Translations under genes and position numbers: made by a program
The notes under the pieces: model-generated
The model's database searches: none
The model's input: only the letters and a program-made list of their open reading frames with translations
Told to the model about the DNA's origin: nothing
Shown: positions 35,715 to 47,129 of the stretch, piece by piece
Numbering within the stretch: position 1 is the first letter of the stretch
How the letters are laid out: each line of letters opens with the position of its first letter
Source of the DNA: Saccostrea echinata
Taxonomy: Eukaryota
DNA: 64,000 nt
NCBI RefSeq assembly: GCF_033153115.1
Contig: NW_026889790.1
Location: 4,650,001-4,714,000, forward strand
Direction: 5' to 3'

Positions 35715-37305
35715 CTTCTGTATTTTTCTTTTATTGGACGAAATCATTAGAATAGACATCTTTAAATAGAAATCGAGAAGACATCTCTTGGAAGCATTTT
35801 TTGTTTAGAAACCTGACTGAGGTATCAATTATAGCGAATGGCATTGGATACAAAAATTATTTATAGGAAATCGTTATATATTGATTCTCTATAATAATAC
35901 GGCATAAATAACGTACACTGTAATGTTATTTCTCTGTTAATCAGGAATCAATTGAAACTGATCCCATGCACAGTAGTGATAGTTAATGGATACAGGTCTA
36001 TTGCTTTTTCTTGAGTAATCAGCAGATTTAATGATATTTTATTAAAAATCATATCTGCAGGTTGAAATGTAAATGCCAAGGTGTGTCAAAATTCTTTTAA
36101 CAGAGATTTTGGGGAAAATATACATAGTATATAATAATCAAACATTAGAAAATATTTGGGCTTTTTCATGAGAAATGTTGCGTAGTCATATATAGAGTAC
36201 AAAATAATTTTCAAAGTGAAAAAGAAATAAGTGAAAATGTGCATAAGAGCTCTGTGACAAATGGTTTAATGAGCTTTATACGCTTCTTTTATTTAATCCT
36301 GCGTTTGGATGTGGTTGCTCTAGTAAGAACACAGAGTTTACTGTTTCTTCTCGAGATAAAATCAGTCTAACACTGGATCAATAATCATAAATCCTCGTCC
36401 ATAATAAATCCATCATCATCCATAAAGAAAATACGCAGCCATAGGTATAAATATTAATAAAATCTGCCATTACGTTTTCGATTATTTTGTATCTGGTAAT
36501 GAATGCTTTTTCTCCGTCGACTAAAAAACCTTACACATTTGATTTAATGACCGAGCTCTGAAAATAAAGCAGGTCTGCTGGCGGACATAAACCAAAATTC
36601 ATCTTTACAAAAAGCAAAAAAATCTTAAGAATAAACAAAAGAGGTTGAATTTCTTTGTGTCAAGTTTAAAACAACAACACCGTGTTACTTATATGTATTC
36701 AACTGACGTAGGCGAGCTGAAGCATGTCATTTTCCTTTTATCTTTAGAATCAGCGACCATAAAAGACATTAATAAAATACTCAGGTAAAAATACAGGTAT
36801 AAAATCATGCAGCTTGACGTTCAACATTAACCAAATGTTTTGTAATTAAAAAGAACATGTTTAAGAGGTGCAGTTGACATTAGTCTGAAATAAATAAATA
36901 ATGACAGGTATGCACGGGAAATTCACTTTGTAATGAAATCGGCTAATTATCACAAACTGATAAATTAGAAAATATTAAAACCGCAAAAAGAGGAGGTATA
37001 TCGCACACCACATCTAGAAGAAAATATCCTATAAAGGATTTCCCTTCGATTTCTTGGAGTTAAAATCTACCTCACTATCACATTATAATGAAAACGTTTG
37101 ACTAAACAACGCATATAAGCAACACTTCCATGATACAAAGACTTTCATAAAATTTATTAATCATTTTTGTGCGATTTTCAAATCCTTAAAAAAAATATCA
37201 CTGAAAATTCATTAAAAAATAAATGCTAATATGATCCTTTGAGAGCTTTTGTGAAAAGCTACAAAAGAAAACTTGGCACTTGCTAAATATCACTGTATAT
37301 CAAAT

Positions 37306-38961
37306 CTATAAATAGAACGTGTGTACAGAATGTCTCTTCCCTGATGAATGTGAGGAAGTTTTATTGCTAGTCTGTTTTGTGTCTTTTTTACTTCCCCCTC
37401 CCCGACTCGAGCCGCTAGAGGACTCGGTCTTCTGAGGACTAGATTTCTGGACCTGACTCAACTTAATCGTCGGTGCGGAATCGGCTCTTGTATACCTCCG
37501 CGGTGGAACGGGTGGAGGGGCCTCAGGGGGAGTGGTGGGTTTATTTCCGTTCACTTCATCGACGGATCTAAGATTTTCAGTACCCTTATGTAGACCAAGT
37601 TTGGCAAGGTCTGCCGGGCGATAACGACTGCTCTGATTTGCGGGTTCACCCCGCTCCAAGCGTTCTAATCTGGACCGGAAGTCGTCTAACTTCTCATAAG
37701 CAGGCTCTTCAAAAAAGCTCTCTTCATCTGAGTCGTAATGAAATTTTTCTTTTGGAGGCATTTTCCCATCACGTAGATATTGATACAGCTCATCCACATC
37801 GTTCATTAGGACATCCTCGCGACTTTTCGATCGCTTTACACGTGAATGACCATTCGCACTTTCCTTTGGTGAGAACATGTTGGCCATTTGGTGAGACTTA
37901 TTTTTAACCATGGCAGCTTCCGGAACTGCTAAAATAAGATGTATGGTATTGTTATAGTTGGCCACCATTCTGTTTACCTTTGTAATTATGTCTTTAATTG
38001 TCTGATTCTCAAGAATCTCTGTGGAGTTTACTGCTGGCAAGACTTTCATTAGCACCTCGGTAGGGACGGGTGTGATCCGGAACATACCACGATCCAATGG
38101 ACACAGGAACGCCACTTCGTCCGTGTAAACCCAATCTAGACGGACGATCCCTGTGAAGCGGTTAGTGTCCACTTTGGGCCACACGCCCTGGACTAACTTG
38201 ACAGTGAGGGGCAGACGGAAACGCCCAATAATGTCTTTAATGGTCATTACACCAGTCACATCCTGAGGGCCCGCGATGGGGGTAAAGAGTCCTCTTTGTT
38301 CCAAATCAAAGAACAGAATAACACCTTTAGAATCTCGACATTTTAAAACCTTACGCCGTTCTCCTGTCGGTGCTTTCACTGTGACGTCACCCATAATGGT
38401 CAAAGATTCCCCACTCGGCACTATCTTTGATTTATCATACGTCATCTGTCCGTCCTCGCTGGACATAAATGCCTTAATATTTTGTCTTACAAGACACCGA
38501 TTCGGTCTCACTTTGGCCAAGTTCATCACACTATCAATTGGCCGGGCCGATCGGCCGTCTTCGGACAGTAGTTCGAACCATCCCTGATATGTGATAGGGA
38601 TCGACAGCCTCTGTTCTAGAGGATGAAGCCGTAACCGTCCGTCCCGACCATCAATACGCTGAACACTGTGGGACAACACTTTTATGTTTGTTTTGATAGA
38701 ATGAATCAATACCTCTTGTTGTAAGTTCCTGAATGGAATTTTGGAAACTCCCAAGTTCATAAACTGCCCTTTTACGATTTTTCCTAGAGTGGGGACATCC
38801 ACCTGCATAAGTACATCCCTGAGGGTCAGGGCCTGGCTGTCCCAGACGGCCACTGGGAGAGAGCCCATGTCTTTCGCCATACTGTGTATCGTGTTTATGT
38901 TCTGACAATTAGCATACCGGCCGAGCAGGTCTGGATAAGCCTGAAATAGCGTGGCACTCAT
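37306..38961 (-). CDS. CABIT-domain protein (THEMIS/GAREM-like signalling adaptor)
   Basis: Intronless ORF with CABIT-like segments (WDSQALTLRD...PTLGKIVKG; LSIPITYQGWFELL; RFRLPLTVKLVQG), a Tyr motif (EEPAYEKL) and a PPPVPPRR SH3-binding motif. First ATG at 38961 (alternative ATG in better context at 38880); the GTG start in the ORF track is not plausible for a eukaryote. Confidence 0.78.
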   Translation of the reverse strand: MSATLFQAYPDLLGRYANCQNINTIHSMAKDMGSLPVAVWDSQALTLRDVLMQVDVPTLGKIVKGQFMNLGVSKIPFRNLQQEVLIHSIKTNIKVLSHSVQRIDGRDGRLRLHPLEQRLSIPITYQGWFELLSEDGRSARPIDSVMNLAKVRPNRCLVRQNIKAFMSSEDGQMTYDKSKIVPSGESLTIMGDVTVKAPTGERRKVLKCRDSKGVILFFDLEQRGLFTPIAGPQDVTGVMTIKDIIGRFRLPLTVKLVQGVWPKVDTNRFTGIVRLDWVYTDEVAFLCPLDRGMFRITPVPTEVLMKVLPAVNSTEILENQTIKDIITKVNRMVANYNNTIHLILAVPEAAMVKNKSHQMANMFSPKESANGHSRVKRSKSREDVLMNDVDELYQYLRDGKMPPKEKFHYDSDEESFFEEPAYEKLDDFRSRLERLERGEPANQSSRYRPADLAKLGLHKGTENLRSVDEVNGNKPTTPPEAPPPVPPRRYTRADSAPTIKLSQVQKSSPQKTESSSGSSRGGGSKKDTKQTSNKTSSHSSGKRHSVHTFYL

Positions 38962-39907
38962 GTGGAAAGGTTTTGCGGTCTGTCTAAACACGGCAAGGTA
39001 ATCCTGTTAACGTTCACTGCGCAGGATAAACAGTACCGTTAGGGGAAAAACTTGATCGATGGTTGTTCGAGTTTAATCGGCTGGAAATCTTGATATCCGA
39101 GAACAGACCGGGTTTTAATTCAATCTGTATACGTGTATTGACAGAACCGAGGCCTGAACATCTAATGCTGTCACAGCGTGGTACAGCGCAATGTAACACG
39201 GTACGCGATCCTTCTCCCTCAGAGTTCTAACATGTCTGATTGAGAAAATCGGGTGCTTACGGTTTTCATGATTTGGGGTTGGCGGTCAGCCATGGACATG
39301 GGGGTCTCTGCCTCCCACTCGTATTATACCCCGCATAAACTAACCAAAGGGGTGAATCATGTCACCAAATCGGTAAATGTTTCCTTTGTGAATGCTCTTA
39401 AAACTGTGTCAGTTTGCCAAATTGGTCGTATTTTTTTTTTATTTTGAAGTGAATCATCACTTTGTTATATGGAATCAATGACATTCTTTCTTTTGTATTT
39501 AAGTTTTAAGTATATTTAACACACATGATACGTAGGTGTCTGGGTAAATCCCCAAGGTCAGGCATTTAAATGATATTAAAGCACATTGTCTAATTCAATG
39601 TATAAGAAAAATATATTTTAGGACAAAAAAAATTTTTTTGCTGACTTGATAAAGGTAATTTTCTTTATGTTGTCTATTACTTTTTTGGGTTCGTTGTTCG
39701 TGTCAAGCTCCTATTTTATCTTACACAACTTTACAAAGAAAGCCCTGAATAGCTCCAGTTACATATAATCTATTCAGTGTAACCGATTTATCTTTGGTAA
39801 TTTACTTAATTGTGTCGATCATTAACCTGGTTAAACAGTAATAAAGAACATATAGAATTTTTTTTTCCTTTCAAAGTTTGATTCAAGATTCAAAGTCAAG
39901 AGCTTTA

Positions 39908-41366
39908 GGCCATCACTAAAAATATCTTTGTTTCCCCTAACCCGACCCAAAAATCTCAAGTTGGTTAGGTAGGTAGGTAAATTATTATTTTTTTTTTTTG
40001 TGACAGCAGCTTTGGAAATACATTCTAAAAAATTGAATAATATCATTATGAATAAGAAAGAACAAAAGAAACCAATTTTTAAACCGAATATCATACAAAT
40101 GAAGCAACATGTAAGTTAAATTAATTCACAAATATTATTCATTTGATCTTGTGAAATATCTCAGGCCAGCGTAAATTTATTGAAATTGAATATTTACAAA
40201 AAGACAAGATTCGCAAATACTAAACCATCGGACATCCGAGTATATTTTTCAAACCTACTATCATCTTCAAGTACTTACACAGACAAAATTGTCTAGGGCC
40301 TCGCGTGGTGCAGTGATTCTAGCGTTTCATTTTGGAGTCACAACGTAATTCAGGAGCTTATTCTAAGTCACAGGTCCCGACGAGGGACGTGGAGAATGGT
40401 CAGTCGAATGAGACCGTAAAAAACGCAGGTCCAGTGTCGCAGTACACATATAGATGTTGGCACGAAAAAGATCCCTTACTGATGCCTAATGATCAATGGC
40501 CATAAGTGCCGAGTAAAAGTCTAAATTAGGAGCCCTCCACCGGCCCAACAATTTTTAAAGATATTTTAAAGCAAAGAAACAACCTGATTTCAAGGGCCAA
40601 ACTGAAAAGAAATACACTGGACATCTCAGGAAGCCGTACCATGAGCAAATTTTAAAGATTTCAACACTATTTGGAAAGAGTGTACATGTATAAACACTAT
40701 TTAATTCAACCAAACCATGTATTTAAAATGATTATTAAAGTTTGATATATCTAATGTTATAGTCACGAAGTTAATACCCCATAGATAAAAGGAATGAAGA
40801 AACGACATCTGAATTATATTTATCAAGATGAAATAATCATACAAAGACATATTTACAACTCCTATGGTCCTATATAGTAAAAATAGGATCATACATGAAC
40901 TGTTTATTAGATCGAAACGAATGAAATGCAGTGAAATTTATTTATATGTATACACAAGGTGGGCCCCTCATCTGCTCATGATGCAGGGTTTGCCATGCTT
41001 ACGTTAATTTTAGAAGACACATTTGTAAATACCATCTTAACACTCCTTAGTCATGGTACATTTAATTCACGAAATGTCTCAAGAGTGTAGGATTCTAACA
41101 GTTAAAGATACATGTATATATAATAAGATTGATGCGTCACCATTGCTTTATAACACAAACTAACCCTCTGTGGCCACATGTTGTGGGCGCCAAATGAGAG
41201 TAAAACAAAAGCCACCGTTCTGATAAAAAATGGATTTTGATGAAATTGTATTTTATAAAGTTGATAAACAATAAAAAAAAATATTTAAATAATCTTATTA
41301 AAAAAACTTTTCAGTCGGCACGATTTAAGCGCGTTAGGGGAAACAAAGGTATTTTTTATTTTGGCC
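39908..41366. mobile_element. Non-autonomous DNA transposon with TTA TSD (Zator/PIF-Harbinger-like), containing a nested SINE (40297-40545)
   Basis: tta|GGCCATCACTAAAAATATCTTTGTTTCCCCTAAC ... GTTAGGGGAAACAAAGGTATTTTTTATTTTGGCC|tta. Confidence 0.75.
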
Positions 41367-41521
41367 TTATATTTAATTCTTTTCCTAGCGTATGTATTGC
41401 ATTTCTTTGACACTGTTTACACACAAACTTAACCAACTTACAGATCTTTAATCTTTACAGATAATTTTTAGTACATACATACATCTTTTTTCATTAAATT
41501 ACCAAGCACAAAGTCTGTGAA

Positions 41522-41564
<43 letters not shown>

Positions 41565-41763
41565 AGGAGCAATATTTAAGACTTAAAGAAAAAAATCCGG
41601 GAAAAATGACGAGTTATAGACGGTTAGAGAAAGAAACATGTACACTTCTCACTAATTACAAGAGTGACATTTTCTTACACCCTGCCGAATCGAATCCGAT
41701 TGGATTGTACATTTGGTATTTAAAACGAATTTCTAAATATGACTTGAACTTGGTATAAAACTG

Positions 41764-42036
41764 CATAGGTACTGGTGGACAGGACCCCCCCCCCCCCCGA
41801 ATACACCCCCGGGTCAAAAATATTTTTATGTCTTTTTTTCATAAACTATTCTTCTAGTACACATTTACGATGTATTCCATATGAAAAATCCACAAAAAAT
41901 AACACAGAATTAACGTTTACTAAAAAATCATACCCGCATTATTATAAAATAGAGTACCGCGGGTATGAGACATAAAAATATTTTTTGACCCGGGGGTATA
42001 TTCGGGGAGGGAGGATCCTGTCCACAAGTACCTGTG
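41764..42036. mobile_element. MITE with ~65-bp terminal inverted repeats
   Basis: AGGTACTGGTGGACAGGA...CCCCGGGTCAAAAATATTTTTATGTCT is mirrored by AGACATAAAAATATTTTTTGACCCGGGG...TCCTGTCCACAAGTACCT. Confidence 0.8.
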
Positions 42037-42349
42037 TAAAACTGAAGTTAATGATGAAGACGGACATCTGCATCTTGTACACAAACACTAAGCGACACAT
42101 TAATTTTGATAGTGACTGGATAGTTACTATTATTATAAAAATTTGTAATTTGTTCACTAATATCTCATTGAAATCATGGATCTATTTTTTTTTTCTCTGA
42201 ATAATTTTTATTTTTACGGTATTTTTTTTTTTTTTTTTTTGGTAAACAGGTCCGTAGGAATCGGAAGGGGTGCCCCAAATAATTTTGCCTGTATAAATGT
42301 ATACTTTACATTAGAAAACAAACGTTTAGCTAATTTACAGTATACCCCT

Positions 42350-44247
42350 CCTCAAAAATGGAAATTAGCTAATGTTATTCCTCTCTTTAAAAAAGACGAT
42401 CCAGCTGTTTTGTCAAACTATAGACCTATTTCATTGTTAAGTTGTGTTGGTAAAGTCATGGAACGTATTGTATTTAAACACTTGTATAACTACTTTCATT
42501 GTAATAATATTTTTTACAAATACCAGGCTGGTTTCTTGCCTGGTCATTCTACGGTTTATCAATTGTTAGAAACATACGATAATATTGTTAGAAATATTGA
42601 TGATGGTAAATCCAGTTGTATGATTTTTTGTGACTTATCTAAGGCCTTTGACCGTGTCTGGCACAAAGGGCTCTTGTTCAAGCTAAACATGTATGGCATA
42701 GAGAGTAATATGTACTTTTGGTTAAAAAGTTATTTAGAAAATAGAACACAAAGAGTTATTTACAAAAATTTGGTATCCCCTTCGGCTTCCTTATATGCCG
42801 GCGTTCCACAAGGTTCTGTATTAGGTCCATTATTATTTTTAATTTATGTAAATGATGTATCTGACAAGATGTCAAGCTTTTGTAGATTATTCGCTGATGA
42901 TAACAGTTTGCAGTACGCATCTAAATGTGTTAAATCTATAGAAAGTAATCTGAATAATGATCTTTTATCTCTTGAAGAGTGGTCAAACAAATGGTTACTA
43001 AAATTTAATCCATCCAAAACTAAGGTTGTATTTTTTAGCACAAGAAAAAACATAGAACCTCCCAAACTCCTATTCCAAGATAGCCAATTAGAATATGTTC
43101 AAACTCACAAACATTTAGGGGTAACTTTTTCATATAACTTAAGTTGGTCAACTCACATTGAAATCTTACTGTCTAATGCATTCAAAAAAATTGGTCTATT
43201 AAAAAAACTTAAATTTAAAATAAATCGAAAGACTCTTTCACTCATGTATACTTCATTTATCCGCCCTCAGCTCGAATACGCTTCAGTTGTATGGGGTGGT
43301 TGTCTAGCTATCGACTCTGAAAAATTAGAGAAATTGCAACTACACGCAGCGCGGATTGTTACTGGCTTGACCTTAATTGCATCTAGAGACTCTTTGTACT
43401 TTGAAACAGGCTGGGAACCGCTCATTGATAGACGCAAGATTCAGAGATTGAATACCATGTATAAAATTCATAATAATTTAGTTCCTGATTATCTACGTGA
43501 AATTATACCTGAAATGCGATGTAATGCTTCCGCGTATACAACAAGAAACTCTCAAAATTATAATATACCCGTCTGTAGACTGCAAACATACAAATCATCA
43601 TTTGTACCAACTGTAGTAAACGAGTGGAATTCTTTATCGCTAGACACCAGACTCTCGAGCTCCTTATCTGCTTTTAAAAGTAAAATCACACAAAAAATAA
43701 CAATAGCCCCGCCTTATTTCAGTTTTGGAAAAAGACGCTACAATATACTGCACACTAGACTCCGACACAATTGTGTGCTAAACATTGATCTTTATAGGTG
43801 TAACATAATATCTAGTCCATTATGCTCTTGTGGTAAGGTAGAAGACACACATCATTATTTTTTCTCATGTCCTAATTACACTGAGGCCAGGAAAGATTTC
43901 TTCGATAAGTTTTTGAGATTTAATAAAGTTCATATTGTTGACACTCATACTTTACTCTGGGGGGATACCTCACTCAGTATTGCTGAAAATGAATATCTCT
44001 TCTCTATTGTTCAATCTTATATTCAGCATTCAGGCAGATTTAATTGATTTTTCTAAAAATGTGTATAGATAATAATTTAGCAGTATATGTTTCTATGTTG
44101 TGAGTTAATTTACTTTGTACATGCTGTTGGACACGTCTGATTGAATTTTTTGTGATATAACATGTAGGGAGAGGGCGAATTAAGTTTTTAGAACTTGTGC
44201 CCAATCCCATTGTATATATTTATTGCAATAAAATATGTTCAAATCAA
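42350..44247 (+). mobile_element. 5'-truncated CR1/L2-group LINE (open RT ORF to 44047) inserted into a CAGGTCCGTAG-type MITE (42247-44420)
   Basis: RT motifs NYRPISLL, DLSKAFD, GVPQGSVLGP, LFADD; 3' AATAAA and (CAAAT) tail; 8-bp TSD ATACCCCT at 42342-42349 and 44248-44255; host MITE ends CAGGTCCGTAGGAA / TTCCTACGGGCCGG. Confidence 0.92.
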
Positions 44248-44714
44248 ATACCCCTTTAATAATGTTGCCAGTACATATTATTCAATAGAAAACAAAGCTA
44301 ATTTACGGTTGTGCCCCCATAAAATAACGTCTGATGACTTTTTTTTTTTTTGCTTGTCAAGAATTTCTATCAAGTCCCCCCCCCCTTTCCCCAGTACTGA
44401 TATTGCTTCCTACGGGCCGGATTAAAATCTGTGACTTTGCCTATATATGTTATATTTCTTCTAAAAATAACTATTAAGAAAAAGGTAGATCTAAGATTTA
44501 AGGTTTTTGTCCTATCCCACTGGAACATTTTCCAGACAATACACTATGTTTAAAGCTATCTCCGTTACTATACACCTAAAAATTCTAAATAGACCCTGTT
44601 AAATAATGTTCTCGGTCAAAAGATATCTATCATATACAATGACAACTTTGTTTTACACCATTACTGTGATACCTTGCTACCCATCTACCTCCTCAGAAGC
44701 CAATCACCCATCGA

Positions 44715-44832
44715 TTAACGGACTGTGCCAAGTCCAGGAAGATGCAGGGTTAATGGACTGTGTCAAGTCCAGGTCGATGCGGGGTTAATGGACTGTGCCA
44801 AGTCCAGGTAGATACGGGGTTAATGGACTGTG
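44715..44832. repeat. 35-bp tandem repeat (~3.5 copies)
   Basis: TTAATGGACTGTGCCAAGTCCAGGT(A/C)GATGCGGGG units; a related fragment lies at ~56537-56575. Confidence 0.85.
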
Positions 44833-44859
44833 AAAAAATTCCAACTCCAAAAGCCTATG

Positions 44860-45681
44860 TCGACCATCATTATTTATAAAATTAAAAATGGTTATGTACT
44901 GGGCAAAAATTTTAACAGCCCATGAAAGTAATCTTACAAATGTGATTTATTCATATTTTTATAGGTGTTATATCGATGGGTCGTTTGTACATCCATGGAT
45001 AAAATGTGTACAAGATGTGCTTAATTCTTGTGGATTGTCTTATATATGGACAAGTCAAACATTTCATAGTTTTAACTGGCTTAAGTCAATTATTAAAGAT
45101 ACCCTAAAAAATCAATTTGAAGAAGAATGGAGAAGCATTGTTGATAGTTCACCCAAGTGTATTATTTATAGAATTTTTAAAACAAACTTTGGTTTCGAAA
45201 ATTATCTGCTGAATTTACCGAAAGAGTTACACTTACAAAACTACGAACGTGTAATCATCATTTGCCAATTAATACAGGTAGATGGAATAAATATTGATAG
45301 AAATTTAAGAATATGTACCATTTGTGATTGTAAAACTATTGGTGATGAATTTCATTATGTTATGGAATGCCAGAAAAATATTTCTCCAAAATAGATATTG
45401 TAAAAATCATAACACTTTCAAATTTAATGAACTAATGAACACAAATAATGTAGAAATACAAAAATCATTGTCAAAATTTGTTAAGAAAATCTTCAAAACT
45501 GTCTGTCCTTCTTGAATCCTCCATATATATAACTGATTATATGTTTACTTTCTTTTCTTTTTTCTTTATATACTTGTCTATTTTTTTGACCCTTGACTGT
45601 AATTTTGTTTGTATATATGTGTATATGTTCCTCTTGTACCAGTGATCTGGTTTTGAGTGAATAAAGAATTGAATTGAATTG
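44860..45681 (+). mobile_element. Degraded 3' fragment of a second non-LTR retrotransposon family
   Basis: Frameshifted ORF2 C-terminus with the Zn-knuckle-like RICTICD...IGDEFHYVMEC; ends AATAAA(GAATT)n. Confidence 0.75.
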
Positions 45682-45827
45682 TACCAAAACCTCGATACTG
45701 CCACGGAAAGGGGGTGGGGGGGGGGGGGGGCTTTGATTGAAAATCTCAGAAAAAGGGAGACAGGACCTACCTAATACTACGTGACATGCCTTGTGTATAC
45801 ATGTATATCTTTTGAAACTTGGTTTAA

Positions 45828-47129
45828 CTAGTTGAAATCCCGCGCAAGCGCGGGTAATTGAATTTATACCACTACCGACAGAAAATACATTGTAGTTTCT
45901 ACTGACAGCCTACAGGCTTATAGCAGGAAGAAATACGCTGTTCAAAATCCCGCATGTGCGTCCCCCCCCCCCTTTTTGTAAAAGCCTGAAAAAATAACAA
46001 TTTCATTAATTAATGTTTATTGTGAAACCTGTTATACTATCTTATTTCATTTCCGCCAAGGATAAAAGCAGCGAATATGCACATTTTACTGATAGTTTTT
46101 TTTTTTTTTTGAAGGGGGGGGGGGTAAAAATTCACAGGTACTCGGGTCTTGGTTTATGAATATGTATGTACCTTTTTGATATGTAAAAAATGTACTTTAC
46201 CTTTTTTACATATCAATAAGGTACATACATATAAATAAACCAAGACGCAAGTACCTTTGTAAAAATTAGCTTTTAACACCCTATGAATAGGCCGAGTATT
46301 TGACACAAAAGACTGTATACAGAAAAAAAAACCTGAAATGTATCGATTAAAGCACAAAATTTTACAGCTTTAATTGTATTTGAGCAATATCTTATTCATA
46401 AATTTCTCTTTTCATGTAAGCAATTTTATTACGAAGTAGAAATTGTACTTCGGGTTCGTTGCCACGATGCTCTCACAGTGATGAATATATTACACATTTT
46501 ACCAATAAATTTATTAGGAAAACCTACTACATATATCTAATAGTCTTTCGATATATAAATATATTCACAACTTATAGTGTTATCAATGATTTACCATTAT
46601 TTCAATGACCATTTACACAAGGACATCAGCTTTTTTATGTTCCTGCAGCTATAATCGTCTCGTTTTTCTTTTTAACATCGGGCTCGATGCTATATGATGT
46701 TCTAGAAGCTTCCGTCAATATTAAGATCGGTGAATGACAAAAATAATTTGCACATTTCCCTTTTTAATCGGTTATCACAACTTATTTCTTTTATGTCATT
46801 TAAATCAAGTTTTGATTGAATAATTCATTTATGACGTTTTATGAAATAAGTAAACGATTGATTGTTGTCAGTTTCATTGAAAATTGCCAGAAACTTAGAT
46901 CTGCCAACCGGAAACGCCACCGTACTCATGTTTTTGCTATTTCATGGCTTTTTATAGAAAATAAAAGTAGACTTTTAATTTAATGCACGATACTTACAAT
47001 GCCAGTGAAATCTAAATATAGTTTACGGACATCATATTGTATCTAGTGTATTCTTAGAGGAGTAAGTAAAAACTCTGGTACATCGGTTTCGGAGTTCATT
47101 TGCAAAATTTATAGATTCATAAGTATAGA
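45828..47129 (-). mobile_element. Non-autonomous Helitron
   Basis: On the - strand: A|TC start (47129), GC-rich hairpin CCCGCGC-TT-GCGCGGG (45839-45854) a few bases before a CTAG|T end (45828); no TSD. Confidence 0.75.

Noticed and set aside
37638-38908. Overlapping short ORFs inside the CABIT, ZNF, LINE and cGLR coding regions
   Set aside because: Antisense or alternative-frame shadows with no recognisable motifs.
42176-42349. N-terminal part of the 623-aa ORF as a real start
   Set aside because: It lies outside the TSD-defined LINE boundary; chance read-through of T-rich flank and MITE sequence.
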